Assembly (NCBI GenBank): GCA_028140795.1
Contig: JAOIOW010000003.1
Span: forward strand, 60,663-124,662
DNA length: 64,000 nucleotides
Reading direction: 5' to 3'
From: Fidelibacterota bacterium
GTDB lineage: Bacteria; Fidelibacterota; Marinisomatia; Marinisomatales; Marinisomataceae
Below are positions 56,551 to 64,000 of this stretch, piece by piece. The position numbers and the translations under genes are program-made. Numbering within the stretch: the stretch's first letter is position 1; every line of letters begins with the position of its first letter. The notes beneath the pieces were generated by a model. It worked only from the letters and a program-made list of their open reading frames with translations. It did no database searches and was not told where the DNA came from.

Positions 56551-57939
56551 ATGGAAGCTATTCAAATAACAAACATCCTTTATTTAATATCAGCAGTAGC
56601 CTTTATTTTTGGTATTAAAAGATTATCGCATCCGAAAACTGCTCGAAGTGGAAACTTATTATCTTCATTAGGAATGTTAATAGCTATTATTGCGACCTTA
56701 ACATATCCAGGAAAAGAATTTGACTTCACCTTGATACTTGCCGGAGTAGGTATCGGAGCAGTTATTGGAGCAATCTTTGCAACTAGAGTTCAAATGACTG
56801 AAATGCCTCAAATGGTTGCTATTTTTAATGGTCTTGGTGGAGCAGCATCTGCTTTTGTTGCTTCTTCTGAGTTTTTATCATCACCAAATAGTCCATTTAT
56901 CATTGTATGCTTAAGTGTTTTCATTGGATCATTGACTTTTACTGGTAGTTTTGTTGCATTCGGAAAACTTCAAGGATTTATATCAGGAAGAGCTGTTACA
57001 TTTAAAGGTCAACAAGCTATCAATGCTGTGATTGCTCTGCTTTCAGTTTCCTTAATACTTGCACCTGGTTTATTTTTTGATTCATCAATGTACAGTGGTT
57101 ATTTAAATGCATTCTTTGTTATTATTGTTCTTGCATTAATTCTTGGAGTTGGACTTACAATTCCTATCGGTGGTGCAGACATGCCAGTTGTTATCTCACT
57201 TCTGAACTCTTATTCTGGAATTGCTGCGGCAGCTACAGGATTTTTAATTAGTAACAATGCCCTTATTATTAGCGGATCCCTTGTTGGAGCATCAGGGCTG
57301 ATTCTAACAAATATTATGTGTAAAGGAATGAATCGTTCTCTTGCAAATGTAATTTTTGGTGCAGTTGGAGCTGAGTCTGAAGGTGGAAGCTCAGATGGAA
57401 AAGAAATGAATATTAAAAGCTACTCAACAACTGAAGCAGCTATGATTTTAGATGCTGCAGAAAAAATTATTATTGTTCCAGGATATGGACTTGCAGTTGC
57501 TCAAGCACAACACGTTGCTAGAGAAGTAGCCGAATCTCTTGAAGCTATGGGTAAAACAGTATTGTATGCAATTCACCCAGTCGCCGGAAGAATGCCTGGA
57601 CACATGAATGTTTTGCTAGCTGAGGCAAATGTTTCTTATGACGTTTTAAAAGATTTAGATGAAATTAATCCAGAATTTGAGGATTGTGATGTTGCACTTA
57701 TTCTTGGTGCAAATGATGTAGTAAATCCTGCAGCTAGACACGATCAATCTAGTCCTATTTATGGTATGCCTATTTTAAATGTAGACAAATCAAGAACGGT
57801 AATTATTAATAAAAGAAGTATGAATCCAGGTTTTGCTGGAGTGCAAAATGAATTATTTGGATATGACAATTCTATTATGGTTTTTGGTGATGCAAAAGAC
57901 ATGCTAAATGACTTACTTAAAGAAGTAAAAGAATTATAA
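56551..57939 (+). CDS. pntB: NAD(P) transhydrogenase subunit beta
   Basis: Polytopic N-terminal half plus dIII 'VPGYGLAVAQAQH', 'IHPVAGRMPGHMNVLLAEA' and 'GANDVVNPAA'. Confidence 0.95.
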   Translation: MEAIQITNILYLISAVAFIFGIKRLSHPKTARSGNLLSSLGMLIAIIATLTYPGKEFDFTLILAGVGIGAVIGAIFATRVQMTEMPQMVAIFNGLGGAASAFVASSEFLSSPNSPFIIVCLSVFIGSLTFTGSFVAFGKLQGFISGRAVTFKGQQAINAVIALLSVSLILAPGLFFDSSMYSGYLNAFFVIIVLALILGVGLTIPIGGADMPVVISLLNSYSGIAAAATGFLISNNALIISGSLVGASGLILTNIMCKGMNRSLANVIFGAVGAESEGGSSDGKEMNIKSYSTTEAAMILDAAEKIIIVPGYGLAVAQAQHVAREVAESLEAMGKTVLYAIHPVAGRMPGHMNVLLAEANVSYDVLKDLDEINPEFEDCDVALILGANDVVNPAARHDQSSPIYGMPILNVDKSRTVIINKRSMNPGFAGVQNELFGYDNSIMVFGDAKDMLNDLLKEVKEL

Positions 57940-57970
57940 ACTTCTTTTATTTTTTTTTCTATATTAAATC

Positions 57971-58462
57971 ATGTCAAAATCAACTCTCTATGATATCGCA
58001 AATGAATTTGAAAAATCTTTAGACAACTTATTAGATCATGAAGATTCAGATTTAATAAGTGAAATTGAATCAATCGAGGGTGAATTCAAATCGAAATCAG
58101 CTAACGTTGCAAAATATATTCGAAATCTTGAACATTTAGCTTCAGGTATTAAAGAAATAGAAAGCAATCAAAAACATCGTAGAAACTCTTTGGAAAAGAA
58201 AATTACAAGATTAAAAGATTATCTTCGAATTAATTTTGAAAAAACAAACACAGAAAAAATTGAAAGCGATGACATAGTTATTGCTATGTATAAAAATCCT
58301 GTAAAAGTACACATTGTTGATGAAGAAAAAATACCTGAAGAATTCTTTCAGGTGAAAGAAACTAAATTATTGAACAAAGATAAAATAAAAGAATCATTAA
58401 AGAATGGTGAGGATATCCCAGGATGTGAGCTAATTCAAGAAAAGAGAATTAGCATTAAATAA
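57971..58462 (+). CDS. Siphovirus Gp157-like protein
   Basis: 163 aa with an acidic coiled-coil N-terminus. The C-terminus reads '...YKNPVKVHIVDEEKIPEEFF...KLLNKDKIKESLKNGEDIPGCELIQEKRISIK', matching the Gp157 family pattern as I recall it. Confidence 0.65.
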   Translation: MSKSTLYDIANEFEKSLDNLLDHEDSDLISEIESIEGEFKSKSANVAKYIRNLEHLASGIKEIESNQKHRRNSLEKKITRLKDYLRINFEKTNTEKIESDDIVIAMYKNPVKVHIVDEEKIPEEFFQVKETKLLNKDKIKESLKNGEDIPGCELIQEKRISIK

Positions 58463-58468
58463 ATTATT

Positions 58469-59059
58469 ATGAAATTTTTAGCAAAATATAGGATGTATTT
58501 TTTGAGAGTTTCTATTTTACTTCTTATAGTTTTATCAGTTACAAATAATGACTTTAGAGCCTATACTCTTGAAATAACCACTATCGAATCATTACAAATG
58601 AGTATTTTAGGCTTTGTACTGGTTGTTTTTGGTTCATTTGGTAGAATTTGGGCTTCATTATATATTGAAGGCAATAAAACAAAAAATCTTATTACTGCTG
58701 GACCTTTTTCAATGGTAAGAAATCCATTATACTTTTTTAGTTTAATAATGTTATTAGGTTTTAGTTTAGCATTAAAAGCTATTTATCTTCCTTTGGCTCT
58801 CCTATTAATTTTTGTTTTATTTCACGTACCAACTATTGCTAATGAAGAAAGAAAACTTAGAAAAAATCATGGAGATAAATTTGAAAGTTATATGAAATCT
58901 ACTCCTAGATTAATTCCAAATATTTTTAAGTACAAAAGACCAGAAACTGGGGAAAAAGTATTAGTTAAAATTAGCAGAATAAATGGTGTACTTATTGAAG
59001 TAATTGGATATTTATTTCTATATACTCTTATTGATATAATATATTTTATTTTAGATTAA
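58469..59059 (+). CDS. ICMT/PEMT-like membrane methyltransferase family protein
   Basis: About 4-5 TM helices. 'GPFSMVRNPLYFFSL' and 'EERKLRKNHGDKFESYMKSTPRLIP' match the family's C-terminal signature. Confidence 0.7.
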   Translation: MKFLAKYRMYFLRVSILLLIVLSVTNNDFRAYTLEITTIESLQMSILGFVLVVFGSFGRIWASLYIEGNKTKNLITAGPFSMVRNPLYFFSLIMLLGFSLALKAIYLPLALLLIFVLFHVPTIANEERKLRKNHGDKFESYMKSTPRLIPNIFKYKRPETGEKVLVKISRINGVLIEVIGYLFLYTLIDIIYFILD

Positions 59060-59767
59060 TTCTTTTTCACGAAGCATATTTATTAGATCTTCGCTTTTGT
59101 ACTCTACATTAAAGATTTCATAGGTATCATTTTCTTTTAAATGAAATAAAGTTTGGCTACCTACCTCTAACCCATAGTAACGTTCAAGAATATATCTATA
59201 AAATGATAGTTGTAAAGAATAATGCATAAAATTGCAATCGTCTAAATGTTTTGATGATGAAAGTATTCCTTTCTTGTTCCTAAACGAATTTTTATCAATT
59301 CTTTTATTAGTTTTCCAATCAACTAAATGATACATATTTTGTTCACTATTGTAGACAAGTAAGTCAATTGTTCCTGCTATTCCTAATTCTTTTGAATAGA
59401 CAATAACTTCTGAAAAAAATGAGTTGTGCTCATTCTTTTGTTTCTCTTTTAACCATCTAACACCTGTAATTGACATTTGATGTTTTGGATCAATATTTTC
59501 TTTTACATACATCTCTAATTCATTATGAACTATTGTACCTCTTTCTGCGCCTTTACCCCACTCTTTAAGTACTTCATTTAACGTTTTGCCGCTATACTTA
59601 GGGTTAGTATTTATCAACTTAGTAGCTACTTTTTCTTGATCAAACTTTTCAAAAAAGAAATGGATGAACTCTGTAACGCTTGAAAATTTAAATTCAGGAC
59701 TACTATTAAGAATATATTTATGATTTTCTTGATCTAAACTAATATCGTTTTTGAATAATTCATTCAT
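59051..59767 (-). CDS. RecB-family PD-(D/E)XK nuclease
   Basis: 'GTIVHNELE', 'GTIDLLVY...HLVDWKTNK' (D...D/E-x-K core) and 'QLSFYRYIL' (QxxxY motif). No Cas4-type Cys cluster. Confidence 0.7.
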   Translation of the reverse strand: MNELFKNDISLDQENHKYILNSSPEFKFSSVTEFIHFFFEKFDQEKVATKLINTNPKYSGKTLNEVLKEWGKGAERGTIVHNELEMYVKENIDPKHQMSITGVRWLKEKQKNEHNSFFSEVIVYSKELGIAGTIDLLVYNSEQNMYHLVDWKTNKRIDKNSFRNKKGILSSSKHLDDCNFMHYSLQLSFYRYILERYYGLEVGSQTLFHLKENDTYEIFNVEYKSEDLINMLREKELI

Positions 59768-59769
59768 TC

Positions 59770-59994
59770 TTAACCTTCATGTAAAACATCTTTATTCTTA
59801 GAACCTCGGAGCTTATTAACTCTTCTTCTAGTAACTCTTCTCTGATAAAAACCAAGCGACCACCCTAAAAGCAATAAAATTGGAATTATAGCTCGATCAG
59901 GAGTATCAGATTTTAATGTAAAGTATAAAAGTAGCAATGCAGTTATCAATTGTATTGAAAACTGAATTGAATTAATCGCTTTCAGTTTATTCAT
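59770..59994 (-). CDS. Small 2-TM membrane protein with basic tail
   Basis: 74 aa. TAATG overlap with the pepA stop. Its own stop lies 2 nt before the nuclease ATG. Confidence 0.5.
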   Translation of the reverse strand: MNKLKAINSIQFSIQLITALLLLYFTLKSDTPDRAIIPILLLLGWSLGFYQRRVTRRRVNKLRGSKNKDVLHEG

Positions 59995-61433
59995 TAAGCA
60001 CCGAGCATATCGAGCACTAATCTTATCACTTGTCCAGAAGCACTATTTTTTTGAATATAACTTCTGTTTTCTACATGATATGAAGTTCCTGCAACATCGA
60101 AATGAGCCCAGGGAATATCTTTACCAACAAATGCTTTAAGGAATGCTCCGCCAGCAATAGTTCCTGCTTGACCTGGTGATCCTAAGTTCTTTACATCGGC
60201 AACCTCGGATTTGACTTGATCGCAATATTCATCCCATAATGGTAGTTGCCATACATGTTCTCCGGTATTATCAGAAGAAACTTTAATGTTTTCTACTAGT
60301 GTTTCATTATTGCTCATTATTCCTGTGGCTATATGACCAAGAGTAATAACCACAGCACCCGTTAATGTTGCAAAATCTAGCATATACTCTGGGTCGTAAT
60401 GCTTACTTGCATATGCCAAAGCATCAGCAAGAATTAATCTACCTTCTGCATCAGTATTTAAAACTTCAATAGTTTTTCCATTGTATGCAGTTAGAATATC
60501 TCCAGGTTTATAGGCTGAGCCACCTAACATATTATGCGTTGAAGGAACAATAGCTACAACGTTCATCTTAGGTTGTAATTCAGCTATAGCATTCATCACT
60601 CCAAATACAACCGCTGAACCGCACATATCAAATTTCATTCGGTCCATATTTAAACCAGGTTTAAGTGAAACTCCTCCTGTATCAAAAGTTAAACCTTTTC
60701 CTACAAGCAATACTGGCTTTTCACTTTTCTTTCCTCCAAAATATTCCATAATGATAAACTTTGGAGGTTCATTTGTGCCTTGAGCTACCCCGGCAAATGA
60801 TCCCATGCCCATCTTAGTAAATTCTTCTCTGTCAAAAACTGTAACTTTCATATTACCTTTTTTGCCAACTTCTTTTGCAAAATTTGCCAACCTTGTTGGA
60901 GTAGTCACATTTCCAGGATGATTGCCAAGATCTCTTGAATCACAAACAGCACTTGCAATAATTGCACCTTTTTTTGCTGCATCTTGATTACAAGCATCAA
61001 CCATAGTAATGCTCTTCAAATGATACTCTCCTCTTTCATCCGTGAAATAATCTAAAAATCTATAACTTGAAAGGATCAAACCTTCTGCAAATGCCTGACA
61101 AAAATATTCACCCTCATCTGTTACAGGACACTCAACTGCAATATCACTGTATTTATGCTGCAAAGCATAACCCACAACTTCCCCAGCTGCTCTTCTGAAA
61201 TTTTCTGCTGTTTTATCAGATGAATCACCTAGACCGTAATAAACTATTCTTGAATTATTATCGATTTCAAAAACAAGATCTCCAACCTTTCCTGTTTTAT
61301 TTTGAGATTTGAACAATTCTTCTAAATCTTTATCCATTTTATCTGAAAATGTTGGTACCGCAACCATCCCATAATTTTCATCTACTAAATCTTTATGATT
61401 TTTTAAAAAGTTTAATTTTTTTATGTGTGCCAT
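59994..61433 (-). CDS. pepA: Leucyl aminopeptidase (M17)
   Basis: 'VGKGLTFDTGG', 'NTDAEGRL' and 'TLTGA' motifs. Confidence 0.95.
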   Translation of the reverse strand: MAHIKKLNFLKNHKDLVDENYGMVAVPTFSDKMDKDLEELFKSQNKTGKVGDLVFEIDNNSRIVYYGLGDSSDKTAENFRRAAGEVVGYALQHKYSDIAVECPVTDEGEYFCQAFAEGLILSSYRFLDYFTDERGEYHLKSITMVDACNQDAAKKGAIIASAVCDSRDLGNHPGNVTTPTRLANFAKEVGKKGNMKVTVFDREEFTKMGMGSFAGVAQGTNEPPKFIIMEYFGGKKSEKPVLLVGKGLTFDTGGVSLKPGLNMDRMKFDMCGSAVVFGVMNAIAELQPKMNVVAIVPSTHNMLGGSAYKPGDILTAYNGKTIEVLNTDAEGRLILADALAYASKHYDPEYMLDFATLTGAVVITLGHIATGIMSNNETLVENIKVSSDNTGEHVWQLPLWDEYCDQVKSEVADVKNLGSPGQAGTIAGGAFLKAFVGKDIPWAHFDVAGTSYHVENRSYIQKNSASGQVIRLVLDMLGA

Positions 61434-61442
61434 TTTTTTTCC

Positions 61443-61835
61443 TTACAAACTTAGATTATGTTTAAAACTTACTAGCTTACCATTCTCATCTTTAATTACT
61501 GCAACAAATGTTATATCAGCTGTACACGCTAGTCTTTTTCCGTGATCTTTACTTTCTGCGAATGCTTTAACTTGAACTTTGACTGACGTATTTCCAGTAT
61601 CGATAATTGTTGATTTACATTTTACCCAATCACCAAGGTAAACTGGTTCTTTAAATTCTACTTTGTCCAAAGCCCTAGTCACAGATCCCCAAGCATCGGT
61701 TTCTTCTAGAAATTCAGATGCTGCTTTAGCTGCAGCCAAGTCAAGCCACGAAAGCATGTATCCACCAAAGAGCGTACCTGCCGTATTGATATGAGTGGGT
61801 TGTACTAATTCTGAAAATTCTGAAACTTTATTCAC
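61443..61835 (-). CDS. Hotdog-fold acyl-CoA thioesterase (YciA-like)
   Basis: 'VQPTHINTAGTLFGGYMLSWLD' motif and a size of 130 aa. Confidence 0.8.
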   Translation of the reverse strand: MNKVSEFSELVQPTHINTAGTLFGGYMLSWLDLAAAKAASEFLEETDAWGSVTRALDKVEFKEPVYLGDWVKCKSTIIDTGNTSVKVQVKAFAESKDHGKRLACTADITFVAVIKDENGKLVSFKHNLSL

Positions 61836-61889
61836 GAGGATAATTTATAAAAAATTGTGACTTTTTCAGTACTTTATTTCAAAAAATAA

Positions 61890-63167
61890 TTAAAACTGTT
61901 CTTCTTCTGTAGAACCGTCCATAGCACTTGTTGAAGGGTCTCCAACAATACAATTATTCACTGCATCAAAGTAGCCTGTACCAACCTCTTGCTGATGTGC
62001 AGAAAAAGTATATCCCTTATCCTGATCTGCAAATTCTTTCTCTTGCAATTCTACATAAGCAGTCATGCCAGATTTAACATAATTTTTTGTCAAATCAAAC
62101 ATACCATGCCACATTGAGTGAATTCCGGCAAGAGTTATAAATTGGAATTTATAACCCATTGCACCAAGCTCTCTTTGGAACTTAGCTATTGTAGCATCAT
62201 CAAGATTCTTTTTCCAATTGAATGATGGAGAACAATTATAAGCTAACATTAATTCAGGATGATCTTTCTTAATTGATTCAGCGAATAGTTTTGCTTCTTC
62301 AAGATTAGGCTTTCCTGTTTCACACCATAATAAATCAGAGTATGGAGCGTATGAAAGACCTCTTGAAATTGCTTGTTGAATACCTGGTTTTACTCTATAA
62401 AAACCTTCAGTTGTTCTTTCTCCAGTAACAAACTCAGCATCTCGCTCATCAATGTCAGAAGTAAGTAATTCTGCTGCATTAGCATCCGTTCTAGCAACTA
62501 ATAAAGTTGGAACATTTGAAACATCTGCAGCTAACCTTGCTGCAACAAGCTTATTTATTGCCTCTTGAGTTGGTACAAGGACTTTGCCGCCCATATGACC
62601 ACATTTTTTTACGCTTGCTAACTGATCTTCAAAATGTACTCCAGCAGCTCCTGCTTTTATCATAGCTTTCATAAGCTCAAAAGCGTTTAAAACTCCACCA
62701 AAACCAGCTTCTGCATCAGCTACTATTGGTGTAAAAAAGTCAAATTTTGGACTACCATTAGAGTTCATCCATTCAATTTGGTCTGCTCTTTTAAAAGAAC
62801 TGTTTATTCTTTTTACTAAAGAAGGAACAGAATCAACTGGATACAAAGATTGATCTGGATACATTGCCTCAGCGCTATTATTATCTGCTGCTACTTGCCA
62901 TCCGGATACATAAATTGCTTTTGCACCAGCCTTTACTCCCTGCACTGCCTGCCCCCCAGTTAAAGTACCTAGGCAATTAACATAATCTTCTTTATGGAGC
63001 ATATTCCAAAGCTTCTCAGCTCCAACTCTTGCTAAAGTGTATTCAGGTTGAAGAGAACCTCTTAGCTTAACAACCTCCTCTGCTGAATATGGCCTTTTTA
63101 CATAGGCCCACCTTTCATTCATCTCCCAGTCATTTTTTAACTCTAATACTTGTTCATTTAAATTCAT
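61890..63167 (-). CDS. aceA: Isocitrate lyase
   Basis: 'KKCGHMGGK' active-site motif and 'ARTDA'. Confidence 0.96.
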   Translation of the reverse strand: MNLNEQVLELKNDWEMNERWAYVKRPYSAEEVVKLRGSLQPEYTLARVGAEKLWNMLHKEDYVNCLGTLTGGQAVQGVKAGAKAIYVSGWQVAADNNSAEAMYPDQSLYPVDSVPSLVKRINSSFKRADQIEWMNSNGSPKFDFFTPIVADAEAGFGGVLNAFELMKAMIKAGAAGVHFEDQLASVKKCGHMGGKVLVPTQEAINKLVAARLAADVSNVPTLLVARTDANAAELLTSDIDERDAEFVTGERTTEGFYRVKPGIQQAISRGLSYAPYSDLLWCETGKPNLEEAKLFAESIKKDHPELMLAYNCSPSFNWKKNLDDATIAKFQRELGAMGYKFQFITLAGIHSMWHGMFDLTKNYVKSGMTAYVELQEKEFADQDKGYTFSAHQQEVGTGYFDAVNNCIVGDPSTSAMDGSTEEEQF

Positions 63168-64000
63168 TATAACTCCTCGTATGCTTTAGTGGTTAAAAAT
63201 TCTTCTACATTATCAGACAAAGTGATTTCTTCAAAAATTGATTTCGCTAAATTGAATTTTCCACTTTCAAACTTTTCGATACCAACTTCATTTTTGACAT
63301 TCAATAATTCTTCTTCTAAATATTGCTTAAATAATTTTTTATCAACTATTTTTCCATTATCAAGCCTATTTTTATGCTTAATCCATTGCCAGATTGAGGT
63401 TCTAGAAATCTCTGCAGTTGCCGCATCTTCCATTAAACCATAAATGGCTACGCAACCCAAACCATTAATCCAAGCTTCAATATATTTTAGCGAAATTCTT
63501 ATGTTTGATCTAAGACATTCTTCTGAACTAACTCCATTACATCCTTGCAATAATTGTTCAGCAGTAATTTTTTTATCTGAAATAAAATCTAATTGGTTAG
63601 TTTGAAAAGTATCAAATTTATCTTTGAAAATTTCGTTTACATAATCAGCTAACCCAGGATGGGCAATCCATGTTCCATCGTGCCCATTATTTATTTCAAA
63701 TAATTTGTCTTCATTAACTTTCTGTAAAATCTTTCTATTCTCATCATGATCTTTTGACGGAACAAAAGCTGCCATCCCCCCCATAGCAAAAGCACCTCTT
63801 TTGTGACAAGTATTTACGAGTAATGTAGAATAGCTGGTTAAAAACGGTTGATTCATTGTAATAATGCTTCTGTCAGGTAATAATTTTTCAGGATAAGATT
63901 GTAATGTCTTGATAAAACTGAAGATATAATCCCACCTTCCACAATTCAAACCAATTATATGGTCTTTAAGGTGATATAATATTTCTTCCATTTGAAAAAC
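63167..64000 (-). CDS. aceB: Malate synthase A, C-terminal part (N-terminus beyond window edge)
   Basis: '[11 protein letters not shown]' and '[10 protein letters not shown]' motifs. The frame stays open through position 64000 (..[11 protein letters not shown]). Confidence 0.93.
   Translation of the reverse strand, partial: VFQMEEILYHLKDHIIGLNCGRWDYIFSFIKTLQSYPEKLLPDRSIITMNQPFLTSYSTLLVNTCHKRGAFAMGGMAAFVPSKDHDENRKILQKVNEDKLFEINNGHDGTWIAHPGLADYVNEIFKDKFDTFQTNQLDFISDKKITAEQLLQGCNGVSSEECLRSNIRISLKYIEAWINGLGCVAIYGLMEDAATAEISRTSIWQWIKHKNRLDNGKIVDKKLFKQYLEEELLNVKNEVGIEKFESGKFNLAKSIFEEITLSDNVEEFLTTKAYEEL

Noticed and set aside
57971-59994. Possible prophage or genomic island, given the phage-like Gp157 and a nuclease.
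   Set aside because: I could find no integrase, structural or lysis genes, flanking tRNA or direct repeats. The nuclease is chained to the pepA operon. I treat it as a small phage-derived gene cluster, not a mobile element.
1-64000. A scan for tRNA, rRNA, CRISPR repeats, IS inverted repeats and long direct repeats.
   Set aside because: No non-coding stretch longer than about 200 nt exists. None of the gaps shows cloverleaf-like GC-rich arms, regularly spaced repeats or transposase ORFs. Repeat detection by eye is limited, so a computational self-alignment could still reveal short repeats.

Overview
The window is a visibly AT-rich, very tightly packed bacterial chromosome segment. I count about 70 protein genes. 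Many have ATGA or TAATG start/stop overlaps, and three convergent gene pairs overlap at their stop codons. I found no rRNA, tRNA, CRISPR array, IS element or integrase. Kdo transferase, heptosyltransferase, LptE-like, TatC and PpiD genes point to a Gram-negative envelope. DUF4837-like and DUF5683-like proteins hint at an FCB-group-like, streamlined, possibly marine lineage, but that is inference only.

The dominant feature is a 19-gene aromatic amino-acid block on the minus strand. It consists of trpEGDCFBA (9052-15432) followed directly by chorismate mutase, class II DAHP synthase, aroA, aroE, aroC, aroK, aroB, aroQ, pheA and tyrA (805-8882).

The most interesting signal is in the two short non-coding gaps of this block. 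Each gap encodes a 19-codon leader peptide beginning MKN. The one before trpE carries Trp codons (TWKW). The one before chorismate mutase carries a Phe/Tyr run (FNNYYFYF). In each, a G-run follows that can pair with the C-run of a downstream hairpin, and the hairpin's U-tract ends a few nucleotides before the first structural gene. This looks like a pair of ribosome-mediated attenuators built on one template.

Other notable items:
- An indoleamine-2,3-dioxygenase (IDO)-like heme protein overlapping a membrane-anchored TlpA-like thioredoxin.
- An unannotated 36-aa CxxC...CxxC zinc-ribbon ORF.
- A phage-type Gp157-like protein, an ICMT-like membrane methyltransferase and a RecB-type PD-(D/E)XK nuclease between pntB and pepA.
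- A 575-aa orphan multi-pass membrane protein.
- A sensor-less sigma-54-type activator with a deviant GAYTDA motif.

The remaining genes are housekeeping: lepA, nadE, asnS, uvrB, waaA, tatC, rpsT, guaB, alaS, pntAB, pepA, aceA and aceB.
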